The notes under the pieces: model-generated
Database searches by the model: none
What the model was told of the DNA's origin: nothing
The model's input: only the letters and a program-made list of their open reading frames with translations
Translations under genes and position numbers: made by a program
Part shown: positions 1 through 9,181 of the stretch, piece after piece
Numbering within the stretch: the first letter of the stretch is position 1
Layout of the letters: each line of letters begins with the position of its first letter
Virus record (IMG/VR): IMGVR_UViG_3300032247_000374
Coordinates: 1 to 38,393 of that record
From: a virus
Taxonomy: Duplodnaviria; Caudoviricetes
DNA length: 38,393 bases
Strand: one strand, 5' to 3'

Positions 1-1
1 A

Positions 2-196
2 ATATCTACTGATTTAAATACGATAAATTCATATATGTCTGGAAAACAAACATCTGATGTTAATTTCTTCAATACATCAAACGCCATCGTTGCTGATCTA
101 AATTCTGCCAAAAAGTTTACGGCAATGGGTGAGACAGACAAGTATTTGGTTAATACTTTAGTTGGTTCAGATAAATTAAAGTCTAGGATTAATTGA
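2..196 (+). CDS. 3' end of an unknown phage protein (truncated by window start)
   Basis: Frame 2 is open from the window edge to TGA at 194-196 (ISTDLNTINSYMSGKQ...LVGSDKLKSRIN*); not in the ORF track; same strand as all downstream genes. Confidence 0.7.
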   Translation: MSTDLNTINSYMSGKQTSDVNFFNTSNAIVADLNSAKKFTAMGETDKYLVNTLVGSDKLKSRIN

Positions 197-203
197 ATAA
201 ATA
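196..203 (+). promoter_or_regulatory. T4-type late promoter motif (AATAAATA)
   Basis: 7/8 match to TATAAATA in the 11-nt gap before the gp25 ATG at 208. Confidence 0.65.
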
Positions 204-207
204 AAAG

Positions 208-603
208 ATGGCAAGTACATTAACAAAACTTTACTCGGATCTGGACTTTAGTTTTACTAAAACGCCTGGTCGGAACGACATTGCACTCAGCTATGACGAT
301 ATGGCTGTGATTCGTGCTGTTCGATATTTACTTCTGACTAAGCATTACGAGAGACCATTTCAACCGAACTTAGGATCTGGCATCGAAGAATTGTTATTTG
401 AACCGATCAGTCCGATTACTGCCGCAGCATTAAAAACAGAAATAGAATCAGTTATACGAAATCATGAGCCTAGAGTCAATCTCGTTCAGGTTACTATTGA
501 TGAAGACATAGATAGAAATGCATATTCAATATCGATTGAATTCTATATTGGCAATAACGTGCAAACAACAACAGTCAATCTTATCCTTGAGAGAACACGA
601 TAA
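208..603 (+). CDS. gp25: baseplate wedge subunit, T4 gp25-like (GPW/gp25 family)
   Basis: 131 aa; motifs YSDLDFSF, LLLTKHYERPFQPNLGSGI, IRNHEPRV; directly upstream of gp6. Confidence 0.93.
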   Translation: MASTLTKLYSDLDFSFTKTPGRNDIALSYDDMAVIRAVRYLLLTKHYERPFQPNLGSGIEELLFEPISPITAAALKTEIESVIRNHEPRVNLVQVTIDEDIDRNAYSISIEFYIGNNVQTTTVNLILERTR

Positions 604-2705
604 TGGCATCAGCAAATTCTGGGCTCCAAATTACGAATCTAGACTTTAATTCGATTAAAGATAGTTTTAAGACGTTTCTGCAACAACAGCCGACGCTTAA
701 AGACTATAACTATGATGCATCTGCGTTATCTGTTCTAATTGATCTACTCGCATACAATACTCAATACAATGCATACTATTTAAATATGGTTGCAAATGAG
801 ATGTTTCTTGACTCGGCAGTACAAAGAAACTCTGTAATTTCTCATGCGAAGTTGCTGAATTACATGCCATCTTCTGCATCTGCGCCACGTGCAACTGTTA
901 AAGTTACGGTTAATGGTGTCACAGATTCATCGTTGACTTTGCCTAAATTCACACAATTTATTTCTGAAGCGATTGATTCTGTCAACTATACTTTCGTCAC
1001 GACAGATGCATACACTACAACAGTAACTGGCGGTACTGCAACTTTTGAAGATATTAATATCGTTCAAGGTACTTCTGCATCATATAGTTTCACAGTTAAT
1101 AAGACTACAAACCCAAAGTTGACGTTTGATATTCCAGATTCTACGATTGACACTTCAACAATTGTTGTGACCGTGCAAGAATCTTCTAGCAATCTAACAT
1201 TTGAATCATATACTCAAGTGTCTGACTATTTGACTTTGAGTCCATCAAGTAAAGTTTATTTCCTACAAGAAGGACTTAACGGCAAATATCAAATCTATTT
1301 TGGCGATGGCATATTAGGATATGCACTTAAAGATGGTAATGTTGTTAACGTCACATATGTTGCAACGGATGGTACTGTTTCTTATGGTGCGAATAGTTTC
1401 TCTTTAATGTCAACTGTTGGTGGATACTCTAACGTATCAGTATCTTCAGTATCTTCTGCAACTCAAGGCAAAGATAAAGAGTCAATTTCTTCTGTTAAGT
1501 TTACTGCACCTAAAGCATATTCTGCACAAGGTAGAGCAGTAACTAAAGAAGACTATATGTATTTGATACAGAAAAATTCTACCAATCTGCCTATTGAATC
1601 TGTAGTAGTTTGGGGTGGTGAAGAGAATGATCCACCTGTATATGGTAGAGTATTCTGTTCGATCAAACCTTCTGGCGGGTATACACTAACAGAAACACAG
1701 AAACAAAAATTAATCGTAGATGTAATTAAGCCTGTCTCTGTTATTACGGTTTTGCCAACGATTGTTGATCCTGATTACATATATGTTAAGTTGAATACTA
1801 ATATTTTGTATGATCCAAGAAAAACAAATCTAACACCAGGACAACTAAAACAGTTAGTTATTTCTACGATCAGAAATTTCTCATCAAAAACTTTGAATTC
1901 ATTTAACGCTACGTTAAAATTACCAGAGTTAATTACTTCAATTCAGTATTGTGATCCTTCGATTGTTACCAACGACACTCAGATTAGAGTTGAGAAGAAG
2001 TTATATCCAGTATTAAATTCTGCTTCGACATATGATTTAAAATTTGGATTCCCTCTCAAACGTAATTACTCTGATGTTAGAATTCAATCTTCTCTATACA
2101 CTGAACCAAATATTACTGTCTTAGACAATTCTGTTTTTCCATCGGTATCTAGATCTGGAGTTTACTATCGGGAGATATCACCTATAGGTGGCAAAATTAC
2201 AGGAAGTGTTACGGCAATAAATGTTTTAAATCAAGGATTTAATTACACTAAAGTGCCTACTGTTACTATTTCTGGTGATGGTTCTGGTGCCACTGCATAT
2301 GCAACACTATCGAACGGCCGAGTGATCAATATCACCATCACAAGTCATGGATCAAATTACACACAGGCTTCTGTTACAATAACACCTGCTTCTGGCGATA
2401 AAACCGGACAATTAGCATTTGCTGTTGCCACACTAGACTCAACGACAGGTTATCTTGAAACATTTTACTATAAAAACTTAGTTCCACAGACTATTAATTC
2501 AAATGCAGGAACAATTGATTATCCAACAGGAATTGTAACACTTAAAAACTTCTCTGCAACATCGATCAATAATGAATTTGGATACTTGAAAATTTCTGCG
2601 ATTCCTACATCAACAATTATTACATCAAATTATAATAGAATATTAACAATCGATGAATATGATCCAACATCTATCGAAGTAACAATTAGTTCAATTTCCA
2701 GATAA
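603..2705 (+). CDS. gp6: baseplate wedge subunit, T4 gp6-like
   Basis: 700 aa; LDFNSIK, LLAYNTQYNAYYLNMVANEMFLDSA, YFGDG, APKAYSAQGRAVTKEDY, VWGGEENDPPVYGRVF, GTIDY; TAATG overlap with gp25. Confidence 0.95.
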   Translation: MASANSGLQITNLDFNSIKDSFKTFLQQQPTLKDYNYDASALSVLIDLLAYNTQYNAYYLNMVANEMFLDSAVQRNSVISHAKLLNYMPSSASAPRATVKVTVNGVTDSSLTLPKFTQFISEAIDSVNYTFVTTDAYTTTVTGGTATFEDINIVQGTSASYSFTVNKTTNPKLTFDIPDSTIDTSTIVVTVQESSSNLTFESYTQVSDYLTLSPSSKVYFLQEGLNGKYQIYFGDGILGYALKDGNVVNVTYVATDGTVSYGANSFSLMSTVGGYSNVSVSSVSSATQGKDKESISSVKFTAPKAYSAQGRAVTKEDYMYLIQKNSTNLPIESVVVWGGEENDPPVYGRVFCSIKPSGGYTLTETQKQKLIVDVIKPVSVITVLPTIVDPDYIYVKLNTNILYDPRKTNLTPGQLKQLVISTIRNFSSKTLNSFNATLKLPELITSIQYCDPSIVTNDTQIRVEKKLYPVLNSASTYDLKFGFPLKRNYSDVRIQSSLYTEPNITVLDNSVFPSVSRSGVYYREISPIGGKITGSVTAINVLNQGFNYTKVPTVTISGDGSGATAYATLSNGRVINITITSHGSNYTQASVTITPASGDKTGQLAFAVATLDSTTGYLETFYYKNLVPQTINSNAGTIDYPTGIVTLKNFSATSINNEFGYLKISAIPTSTIITSNYNRILTIDEYDPTSIEVTISSISR

Positions 2706-5656
2706 TGACAACTTATCTTAATAACAAGCCATCGATTAAGGTACCGTTTCAACTACCCGAGTTTCTTCGGATAGATGATAACTACCAGACTTTTATTGCT
2801 TTTGTCAAAGCATATTACGAGTGGGCTGAACAGAATGACATAAAAGATTCAGCAAACACTGAAGGTGCTATCTACGGATCTCAGAACCTACTCAACTACA
2901 ATGATGTAGATTTCTCAGAAGATCCAACGAGTTTCAATAGATTTATTGATTACTTCTTTAATGATTTTCTGCCCAGTTTTCCAACGGAATGCTTGACAGA
3001 CAAGGCAAAGTTAATTAAAATTGGTAAGCAGTTCTACTCTTCCAAAGGAGTTCCTGCTGCATATAAGTTTATCTTCAGAGCAATCTATAACTCTGATGTT
3101 GAATTGTTTCCTACAGGAGAAGCAGTTCTTCGTGCATCTGATGGTAAATGGTATGTATCTAAGAGTTTAAAAATTGCGACGAATGATGAGCAGTTTTTAT
3201 CTATCGACAATCTAAGATTATTTGGTGAAACGTCGAAGTCTTTTGCTGCTGTAGAAAGATCGAGAAGAGTTGGTGATAGAATCGAGGTGTATATATCAAC
3301 AATCGAAAGGTTATTCCAATCTGGCGAATATATTCGTGTTGTGGATAATAAAAATCAAGATGTTTATTTTAAAGATGGAGTTATAGTTCCTGAAGGCACT
3401 TCTGGTTCGATGATTCTTCGTGCAAAGATTTTAGGTTCAATCTCTTCCCTTAAAGTTAATCCAAACAAACGTGGACTTCTTTATCTAGGACAATCAGCAA
3501 GTTATCCTGGCGATCCAGTTGTATTCTATGGTGGTTTAAATCCAAACACATCAAATCCAATTGGCGCTAATGCATTTGTACACGAGACAACATTAGGTTC
3601 ATTGGATCGTCTGGATCTAATCGATGGATCATATGGTTATAGATTGGATCCAAACACCAGAATTTCGATAACTGGTGGTGGTGGTAAAGGTGCCTCTGCG
3701 AACGTGGTTGCAGTTGATATTGCTGGTTTGATTAGAACAACATGGATTCCGCAAGACTATCTCAGTAATGCTGTTCGCAGTCAAGTTATTGGTTCTGCAT
3801 ATAGTATATTTCCAGCAAACACTGGCGCAAGAGTAACTAGCACACTTGCAAATGCTTTTACATACACTGGATTCGCTACGTATCCAATTGGTGGTATATT
3901 GATGAGGTCTGGTGGTAGTGGTTATAAAAGATTGCCCAGAGTTAAAGCACTTTCTCTATATGACACAACATCTCATTTAACAACAAAAGGTATTCTTGGT
4001 AATCTAGGCATACTAGGTCCAATTAAAATTCGTGACGGTGGAACAGGTTACGCTAATGGTCAATTCATAAGATTCGTGTCAAATGGATACGGAGGCGGTG
4101 CTGGTGCAAACGCATACGTTAATGTAAATTCAACAGGCAGTATTGTGAGTGTCACATACAACTATGCAAACACAGACACTAACATTAGATATCCAAAAGG
4201 TGGACTTGGATACATTCAGGAAAAATTGCCAACACTACAAGTTGCAACAGTTTCTGGAGTTGGTGCTAATTTATATGTTTCGACTATCCTAGGTGAAGGC
4301 GCAAAAATTAATCCAATTATGGATGCAAGAGGTATTGGAAGAATTATCTCATTTAGAATTGAAAATTATGGCGAAGATTATATCACTCAACCTAAAGTAT
4401 CGTTAAAGGTTCGAGATATAGTTGTTACAAATGTGGATAAAACCAACATCGTCAAATCTGGTGAGATAGTATTTCAAGGTGCTAATTTAAACTCATATGT
4501 TTTCAAAGCGAACGTAGATTCTATAAGTTTATTGCAACTCGGTGCAACAAGAGCAGATGATAAGTATAGACTCAGAGTTTATAACTATACGTCGAATACC
4601 AAAACAGATAGATTACTAACTGTTACGAGAACCGAATCATCAAATCTTTATATGAATGTTGATACGACATATACGACAGTGGATTCAGAAGGCGAATACA
4701 TTTTCAAAAACGGTATTCGTACTTATGGTAATGGTCTAGCCGAAGCGACTGCAAAGTTTTTAGGCGGCATCATCGTCAGTGATGGTCAGTATTTAAATGA
4801 AGATGGATTCCCGTCCTCGTTCCAAGTATTAGAAAGTGAAGACTATAATAGTTTCACATATCAACTGAAAGTTCAGAAATCATTTGATGCATACAGGACT
4901 GTATTGTATAGACTTCTGCATCCAGCAGGAACAAAAGTTAAACCAATCACGACGATTAAAGCAAACACACAAGAGATTATTGTACACAGAGAAGCATTCT
5001 TCTCTAACTCTCATGCACTCTCTTACTACACCGGAACAACTTCATCAAACGCTGCTATGTATGCTTCGTTTGAAAAACCAAGCAACAACATAATTAAATT
5101 TACGAATCTATCTGGCGCAAATCTAGAACAGATTTTAAAGACTGGTAATAGAATATCTTTCACATATAATGGATTTGGACCAAACGTATATTCTGAAATT
5201 GTTTCTGTCAGTAAAACGAGCAACACGGCTGTTATTAAAGATAATGTGTATCTAAGATTTGCTAATGTTGCTTATGCGAATTTGATTTCTTCTTCTGGAA
5301 AAATAACAATTCCAAGTCTGACTGGTAGTTATGATCTAATAAATAATGGAGAGTATGTCTATCGATTGACTAAAGTTAGAGATATTTTTTGCGTTGGTGA
5401 TGTTCTTCGTGCAAATAGTGGCGCAAACAGTTATTCTGGAACAGTAACATATGTTAGTTATTCAAACAACGTTCTTTTCGTTACACCTTCGCCATCATTT
5501 ACGGCTAATCTTGCGTTAGTTTCTAGTGGTAGAGATATTAAATCTGATGATGTGTTCATATATAATTCATTGGGCACGGTGTTCTATCCAGAATTGACGA
5601 CGGAGACTGGGGACACGATTATAACCGAAGACGGAAGACGATTAATTTTAGGATAA
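2705..5656 (+). CDS. gp7: baseplate wedge initiator, T4 gp7-like
   Basis: 983 aa; QLPEF..FVKAYYEW, FYSSKG..AYKFIFRAIY, LRASDGKW, and later DYNSFTYQLK..LLHPAG; position after gp6; TAATG overlap. Confidence 0.85.
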   Translation: MTTYLNNKPSIKVPFQLPEFLRIDDNYQTFIAFVKAYYEWAEQNDIKDSANTEGAIYGSQNLLNYNDVDFSEDPTSFNRFIDYFFNDFLPSFPTECLTDKAKLIKIGKQFYSSKGVPAAYKFIFRAIYNSDVELFPTGEAVLRASDGKWYVSKSLKIATNDEQFLSIDNLRLFGETSKSFAAVERSRRVGDRIEVYISTIERLFQSGEYIRVVDNKNQDVYFKDGVIVPEGTSGSMILRAKILGSISSLKVNPNKRGLLYLGQSASYPGDPVVFYGGLNPNTSNPIGANAFVHETTLGSLDRLDLIDGSYGYRLDPNTRISITGGGGKGASANVVAVDIAGLIRTTWIPQDYLSNAVRSQVIGSAYSIFPANTGARVTSTLANAFTYTGFATYPIGGILMRSGGSGYKRLPRVKALSLYDTTSHLTTKGILGNLGILGPIKIRDGGTGYANGQFIRFVSNGYGGGAGANAYVNVNSTGSIVSVTYNYANTDTNIRYPKGGLGYIQEKLPTLQVATVSGVGANLYVSTILGEGAKINPIMDARGIGRIISFRIENYGEDYITQPKVSLKVRDIVVTNVDKTNIVKSGEIVFQGANLNSYVFKANVDSISLLQLGATRADDKYRLRVYNYTSNTKTDRLLTVTRTESSNLYMNVDTTYTTVDSEGEYIFKNGIRTYGNGLAEATAKFLGGIIVSDGQYLNEDGFPSSFQVLESEDYNSFTYQLKVQKSFDAYRTVLYRLLHPAGTKVKPITTIKANTQEIIVHREAFFSNSHALSYYTGTTSSNAAMYASFEKPSNNIIKFTNLSGANLEQILKTGNRISFTYNGFGPNVYSEIVSVSKTSNTAVIKDNVYLRFANVAYANLISSSGKITIPSLTGSYDLINNGEYVYRLTKVRDIFCVGDVLRANSGANSYSGTVTYVSYSNNVLFVTPSPSFTANLALVSSGRDIKSDDVFIYNSLGTVFYPELTTETGDTIITEDGRRLILG

Positions 5657-5660
5657 AAAA

Positions 5661-7784
5661 ATGTCATTAGTAAAAATCTCCGAACTGCCAGTAATTGCAG
5701 CGCTTCAAAGTAATACATCAAACACAATACTTGTTGGTGTAGATATACCCACGAATATCACTGGAAGAATTACTGCCAACGTTTTAGCAAGAGGTTTATT
5801 CTCTAATGAGATTTTAAACGTAGGTAACAATTCGATTGTTTATCCTAATGTTATTGGTCAATTCGCATCTAACAGCAATACTTACATACAAATCAATCTT
5901 CAGAACTTTAATTCAAATGGATCTGGAGACTTTGTTGCATCTACTAGCGACAGTGACAACTCAAATAGTTATATTGATTTTGGTATTAGTGGCAAAACAT
6001 TCTCTGATCCTGTAAATTATGGTGCATTTAAACCATATGATGGATACATTTATGTTTACGGTCCTTCTGCAACAAGCGCACAAGGTAATTTAATCGTTGG
6101 CACAGCATCAACTCGCGCAAACATCGTATTCATGGTTGGTGGATTAAGTACAGACAATATTGTCGGTAGAGTTAGTAATTCTGCATTTGATTTTTTGAAA
6201 CCAGTTTATGTGACGGGTAACGTAAAGACTTCTGGATCTTTTGTATTCTCTGACGGGTCGGTTCAATCTACTGCTGCCACCGGATCAGCGTTATCTTCTC
6301 AGGCAGCATTCGATAAAGCAAATAGCACGTATTTACACGCGAACGGCGCATTTAATTTAGCAAACTCAGATTTCCTACACGCTAATGCAGCGTTCAACTT
6401 AGCAAACTCAGATTTTCTACACGCTAACGCTGCATTCAATTTAGCAAACTCAGATTTCCTACACGCTAACGCTTCATTTAATCTAGCGAATTCTAACTTC
6501 TTACATGCGAATGCTGCATTCAATTTAGCAAACTCAGATTTCTTACATGCAAACGCTGCATATAATCAAGCAAACTTAGACTTTATACATGCAAATGCAG
6601 CATTCAATTTAACAAACACAGCAGTTCAAAACACTGCAAGTATTCAATTAAGAGAACTTAAACTATCTGGAAATCTGATTGCAAACTCACTCAACCAAGG
6701 TATTTTCGTTGATACATTTAGAGCAAACACTGCTCAGTTTACGAAAGATATGAATATTACTGGTACATTAACATGTAATACTTTATATGGTAATGTCTAC
6801 TTCTCGAATATCATTGCCGCAACAGCAACTGCAAACTCTATTCAGTGGTTTCCACAATCATTATCACCAGTACAGACATCAGGTCAAGTTTGGTACTCTG
6901 CTAATACAATCTCATTAGTACAAGACACTGATGTTGCTGGTGATAGACCTTCGATTTCTAAAGTTCTATTTGAACGTGTGTATAATGCAACAGGTTCTAC
7001 AATTCCTGCAAACTCATGGGCAAGATTGGCAGGTGCAGTAACTCAGAATTCTGTGCCATATATCACACTTGCTGATGCAGGATCTGCTGCTAATTCCATA
7101 GTTGAAGGATTCGTTAAAGTCGGCATCGCTAACGGCGCATACGGTTTCTTGTACACACGAGGAATCGTGTCCGACATGGATGCATCTTCTTTTGGTAACA
7201 ATGGACAGATAATCTTCTTATCTACAGTTCCTGGTCAAGCAACAAACGTAGCACCAACTGGAGCAAACTCTGTCTTCCAAGTAGCAAAGATTCTTTCAAA
7301 CGGATCTGCAAACGGTAAGATTCAAATCGATATTGCGGCACGACAAGCATATGGTAAACCAAACGGCGCTATTCTCTTTGCAAACAACAATTTGATTCAA
7401 TCAAGTAACGTTGCAATTATCGATGAAGCAAACTCGACGTTGTATGTTCCAAATGGATTAGTGTATAATTCGAGATCATATGCGGGTAATCAAACAGCAA
7501 TTACATTAGACTTTGGAACAGACACTTGGGTTCGTTGCAACGTTGTTGCGAATATGGCAGTGACACTAAGTAATTTTAAAGCAGGTTCTGACATTACTTT
7601 GTTTGTCACTAATTATTCTACTGGTGGTGGTTCTGCAAAAACAATCACACATGGATGTTCTGCTGTGAATTCAACTGTTGGTGCAACAACATTTACATTG
7701 AGTGGCACGACAACAGCACGAATTAAATATTATTCATTTGGTGGCGATCTTGCAAATACATATTGTTCTATCTCATATTCATAA
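5661..7784 (+). CDS. fibre-like virion structural protein with 14-aa coiled-coil repeats
   Basis: 707 aa; N-terminal KISELP motif, (NAAFNLANSDFLHA)n stalk, beta-rich S/T/N/G composition; SD-like AGGA upstream; lies between gp7 and gp8. Confidence 0.7.
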   Translation: MSLVKISELPVIAALQSNTSNTILVGVDIPTNITGRITANVLARGLFSNEILNVGNNSIVYPNVIGQFASNSNTYIQINLQNFNSNGSGDFVASTSDSDNSNSYIDFGISGKTFSDPVNYGAFKPYDGYIYVYGPSATSAQGNLIVGTASTRANIVFMVGGLSTDNIVGRVSNSAFDFLKPVYVTGNVKTSGSFVFSDGSVQSTAATGSALSSQAAFDKANSTYLHANGAFNLANSDFLHANAAFNLANSDFLHANAAFNLANSDFLHANASFNLANSNFLHANAAFNLANSDFLHANAAYNQANLDFIHANAAFNLTNTAVQNTASIQLRELKLSGNLIANSLNQGIFVDTFRANTAQFTKDMNITGTLTCNTLYGNVYFSNIIAATATANSIQWFPQSLSPVQTSGQVWYSANTISLVQDTDVAGDRPSISKVLFERVYNATGSTIPANSWARLAGAVTQNSVPYITLADAGSAANSIVEGFVKVGIANGAYGFLYTRGIVSDMDASSFGNNGQIIFLSTVPGQATNVAPTGANSVFQVAKILSNGSANGKIQIDIAARQAYGKPNGAILFANNNLIQSSNVAIIDEANSTLYVPNGLVYNSRSYAGNQTAITLDFGTDTWVRCNVVANMAVTLSNFKAGSDITLFVTNYSTGGGSAKTITHGCSAVNSTVGATTFTLSGTTTARIKYYSFGGDLANTYCSISYS
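6303..6617 (+). repeat. 42-bp coding tandem repeat (about 7 units, AAFNLANSDFLHAN)
   Basis: Repeated ttagcaaactcagattt.(c/t)taca(c/t)gc unit with mostly synonymous variation. Confidence 0.92.
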
Positions 7785-7797
7785 TCGGTATTAAAAC

Positions 7798-9177
7798 ATG
7801 GCATCAGCAAACGTAGGTCTTTTAACATATAATTCTGGCGTATTTCATACTACGTCAACTTATTATTCTCCATCTGTTGTTATTCCAACGACGGGCCAGT
7901 ATTTGAATTCTATTTATTGTTTTCTTTCTAGAGTTGTGCCCTGGTCAACTGAAACTAATCCGCCGATGCCATCTCAGTCGCAAAAGTATATCAAAGAACT
8001 CTATAAAAACATGTTCATTGCGAAGAGAGTTACTTCAAGTGAAATGTCTCCTGTCGTTGAAAGAATTGACTGGGCTTCTGGTGAAGTGTTCGACTATTAT
8101 CGTGACGATATTGATATGTTCCAGAAAGATTCAAACGGAACAATTACAAAAAGATTCTATGTAAGAAACAAATTTGATCAAGTTTTTAAGTGTCTTTGGA
8201 ACAATAACGGCACTACTTCTACCAAAGAACCTTACTTTGAACCAGGCACATATTCTACTAATAATGTCTATCAAGGTTCAGACGGTTATAAATGGAAGTA
8301 TATGTATACTATTACATATGCAAACAAGATTAAATTTCTAGATGACACATGGATGCCCGTGCCTATGTCTAGTACTGTTCCTAATGCCGCAGACACTTTT
8401 GCTGGTTCAGGTTCGATTGATGTTATTAATGTAACAAATGGCGGATCTGGTTATGATCCAACGAACGCCGTTATTTACGTTACAGTTACTGGAGATGGAA
8501 AATATGCGGCAGGAAATGTTACTGTAACTTCAGGAGTTATCACTGACATTGCTGTCGCAAATACTGGTTCAAATTACACATATGCTAATGTTGCAATCAC
8601 ATCAACTATAGGATCAGGCGCTACTGCTGCGGTATATCCTTCTACGATTGGTGGACACGGATTCAATCCGATTTCTGAATTAGGATGTATGCATGTAATG
8701 ATTACTGCATCTTTTGAAAAATCTGAATCTGGAATATTACCAAATGATATTGACTTCAGACAAATTGGACTGGTTTCAAGTCCATATGTTTATTCTGGAG
8801 AAGAAAAGATTTTAGCAAATGGATCAATATATCAACTCACGACGGACTATATTGTTTCAACAGGATCAGGTGCATACACTAAAGATGAAGTAGTGTACCA
8901 GTCAAATAATGGATTATTAGCTGATGCATATTTTACTGCCACTGCGTTGAGTTTTGATTCGACTGCAAATCAATTAAAGTTACTAAATAATGTAGGTACT
9001 GCGAACTTAAATCAAATATTTTATGGCAACGATTCAGGCACAGGAAGAGTAGCGCTGCAAAAGAACGACACAATCTTTGTTCCATTCTCTGGTTATTTGA
9101 TGTACATTGAAAACAGAGAAGCTGTTACTAGAAGTGCTGATGGTTCTGAACAATTTAAACTAGTTTTAGGATATTAG
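7798..9177 (+). CDS. gp8: baseplate wedge subunit, T4 gp8-like
   Basis: 459 aa; RIDWASGEVFDYY, FYVRNKFDQVFKCLWNNNG, DGYKWKYMYTI, GGHGFNPISELG, DFRQIGL, SGYLMYIENR..R..EQFKLVL. Confidence 0.93.
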   Translation: MASANVGLLTYNSGVFHTTSTYYSPSVVIPTTGQYLNSIYCFLSRVVPWSTETNPPMPSQSQKYIKELYKNMFIAKRVTSSEMSPVVERIDWASGEVFDYYRDDIDMFQKDSNGTITKRFYVRNKFDQVFKCLWNNNGTTSTKEPYFEPGTYSTNNVYQGSDGYKWKYMYTITYANKIKFLDDTWMPVPMSSTVPNAADTFAGSGSIDVINVTNGGSGYDPTNAVIYVTVTGDGKYAAGNVTVTSGVITDIAVANTGSNYTYANVAITSTIGSGATAAVYPSTIGGHGFNPISELGCMHVMITASFEKSESGILPNDIDFRQIGLVSSPYVYSGEEKILANGSIYQLTTDYIVSTGSGAYTKDEVVYQSNNGLLADAYFTATALSFDSTANQLKLLNNVGTANLNQIFYGNDSGTGRVALQKNDTIFVPFSGYLMYIENREAVTRSADGSEQFKLVLGY

Positions 9178-9181
9178 AAGA

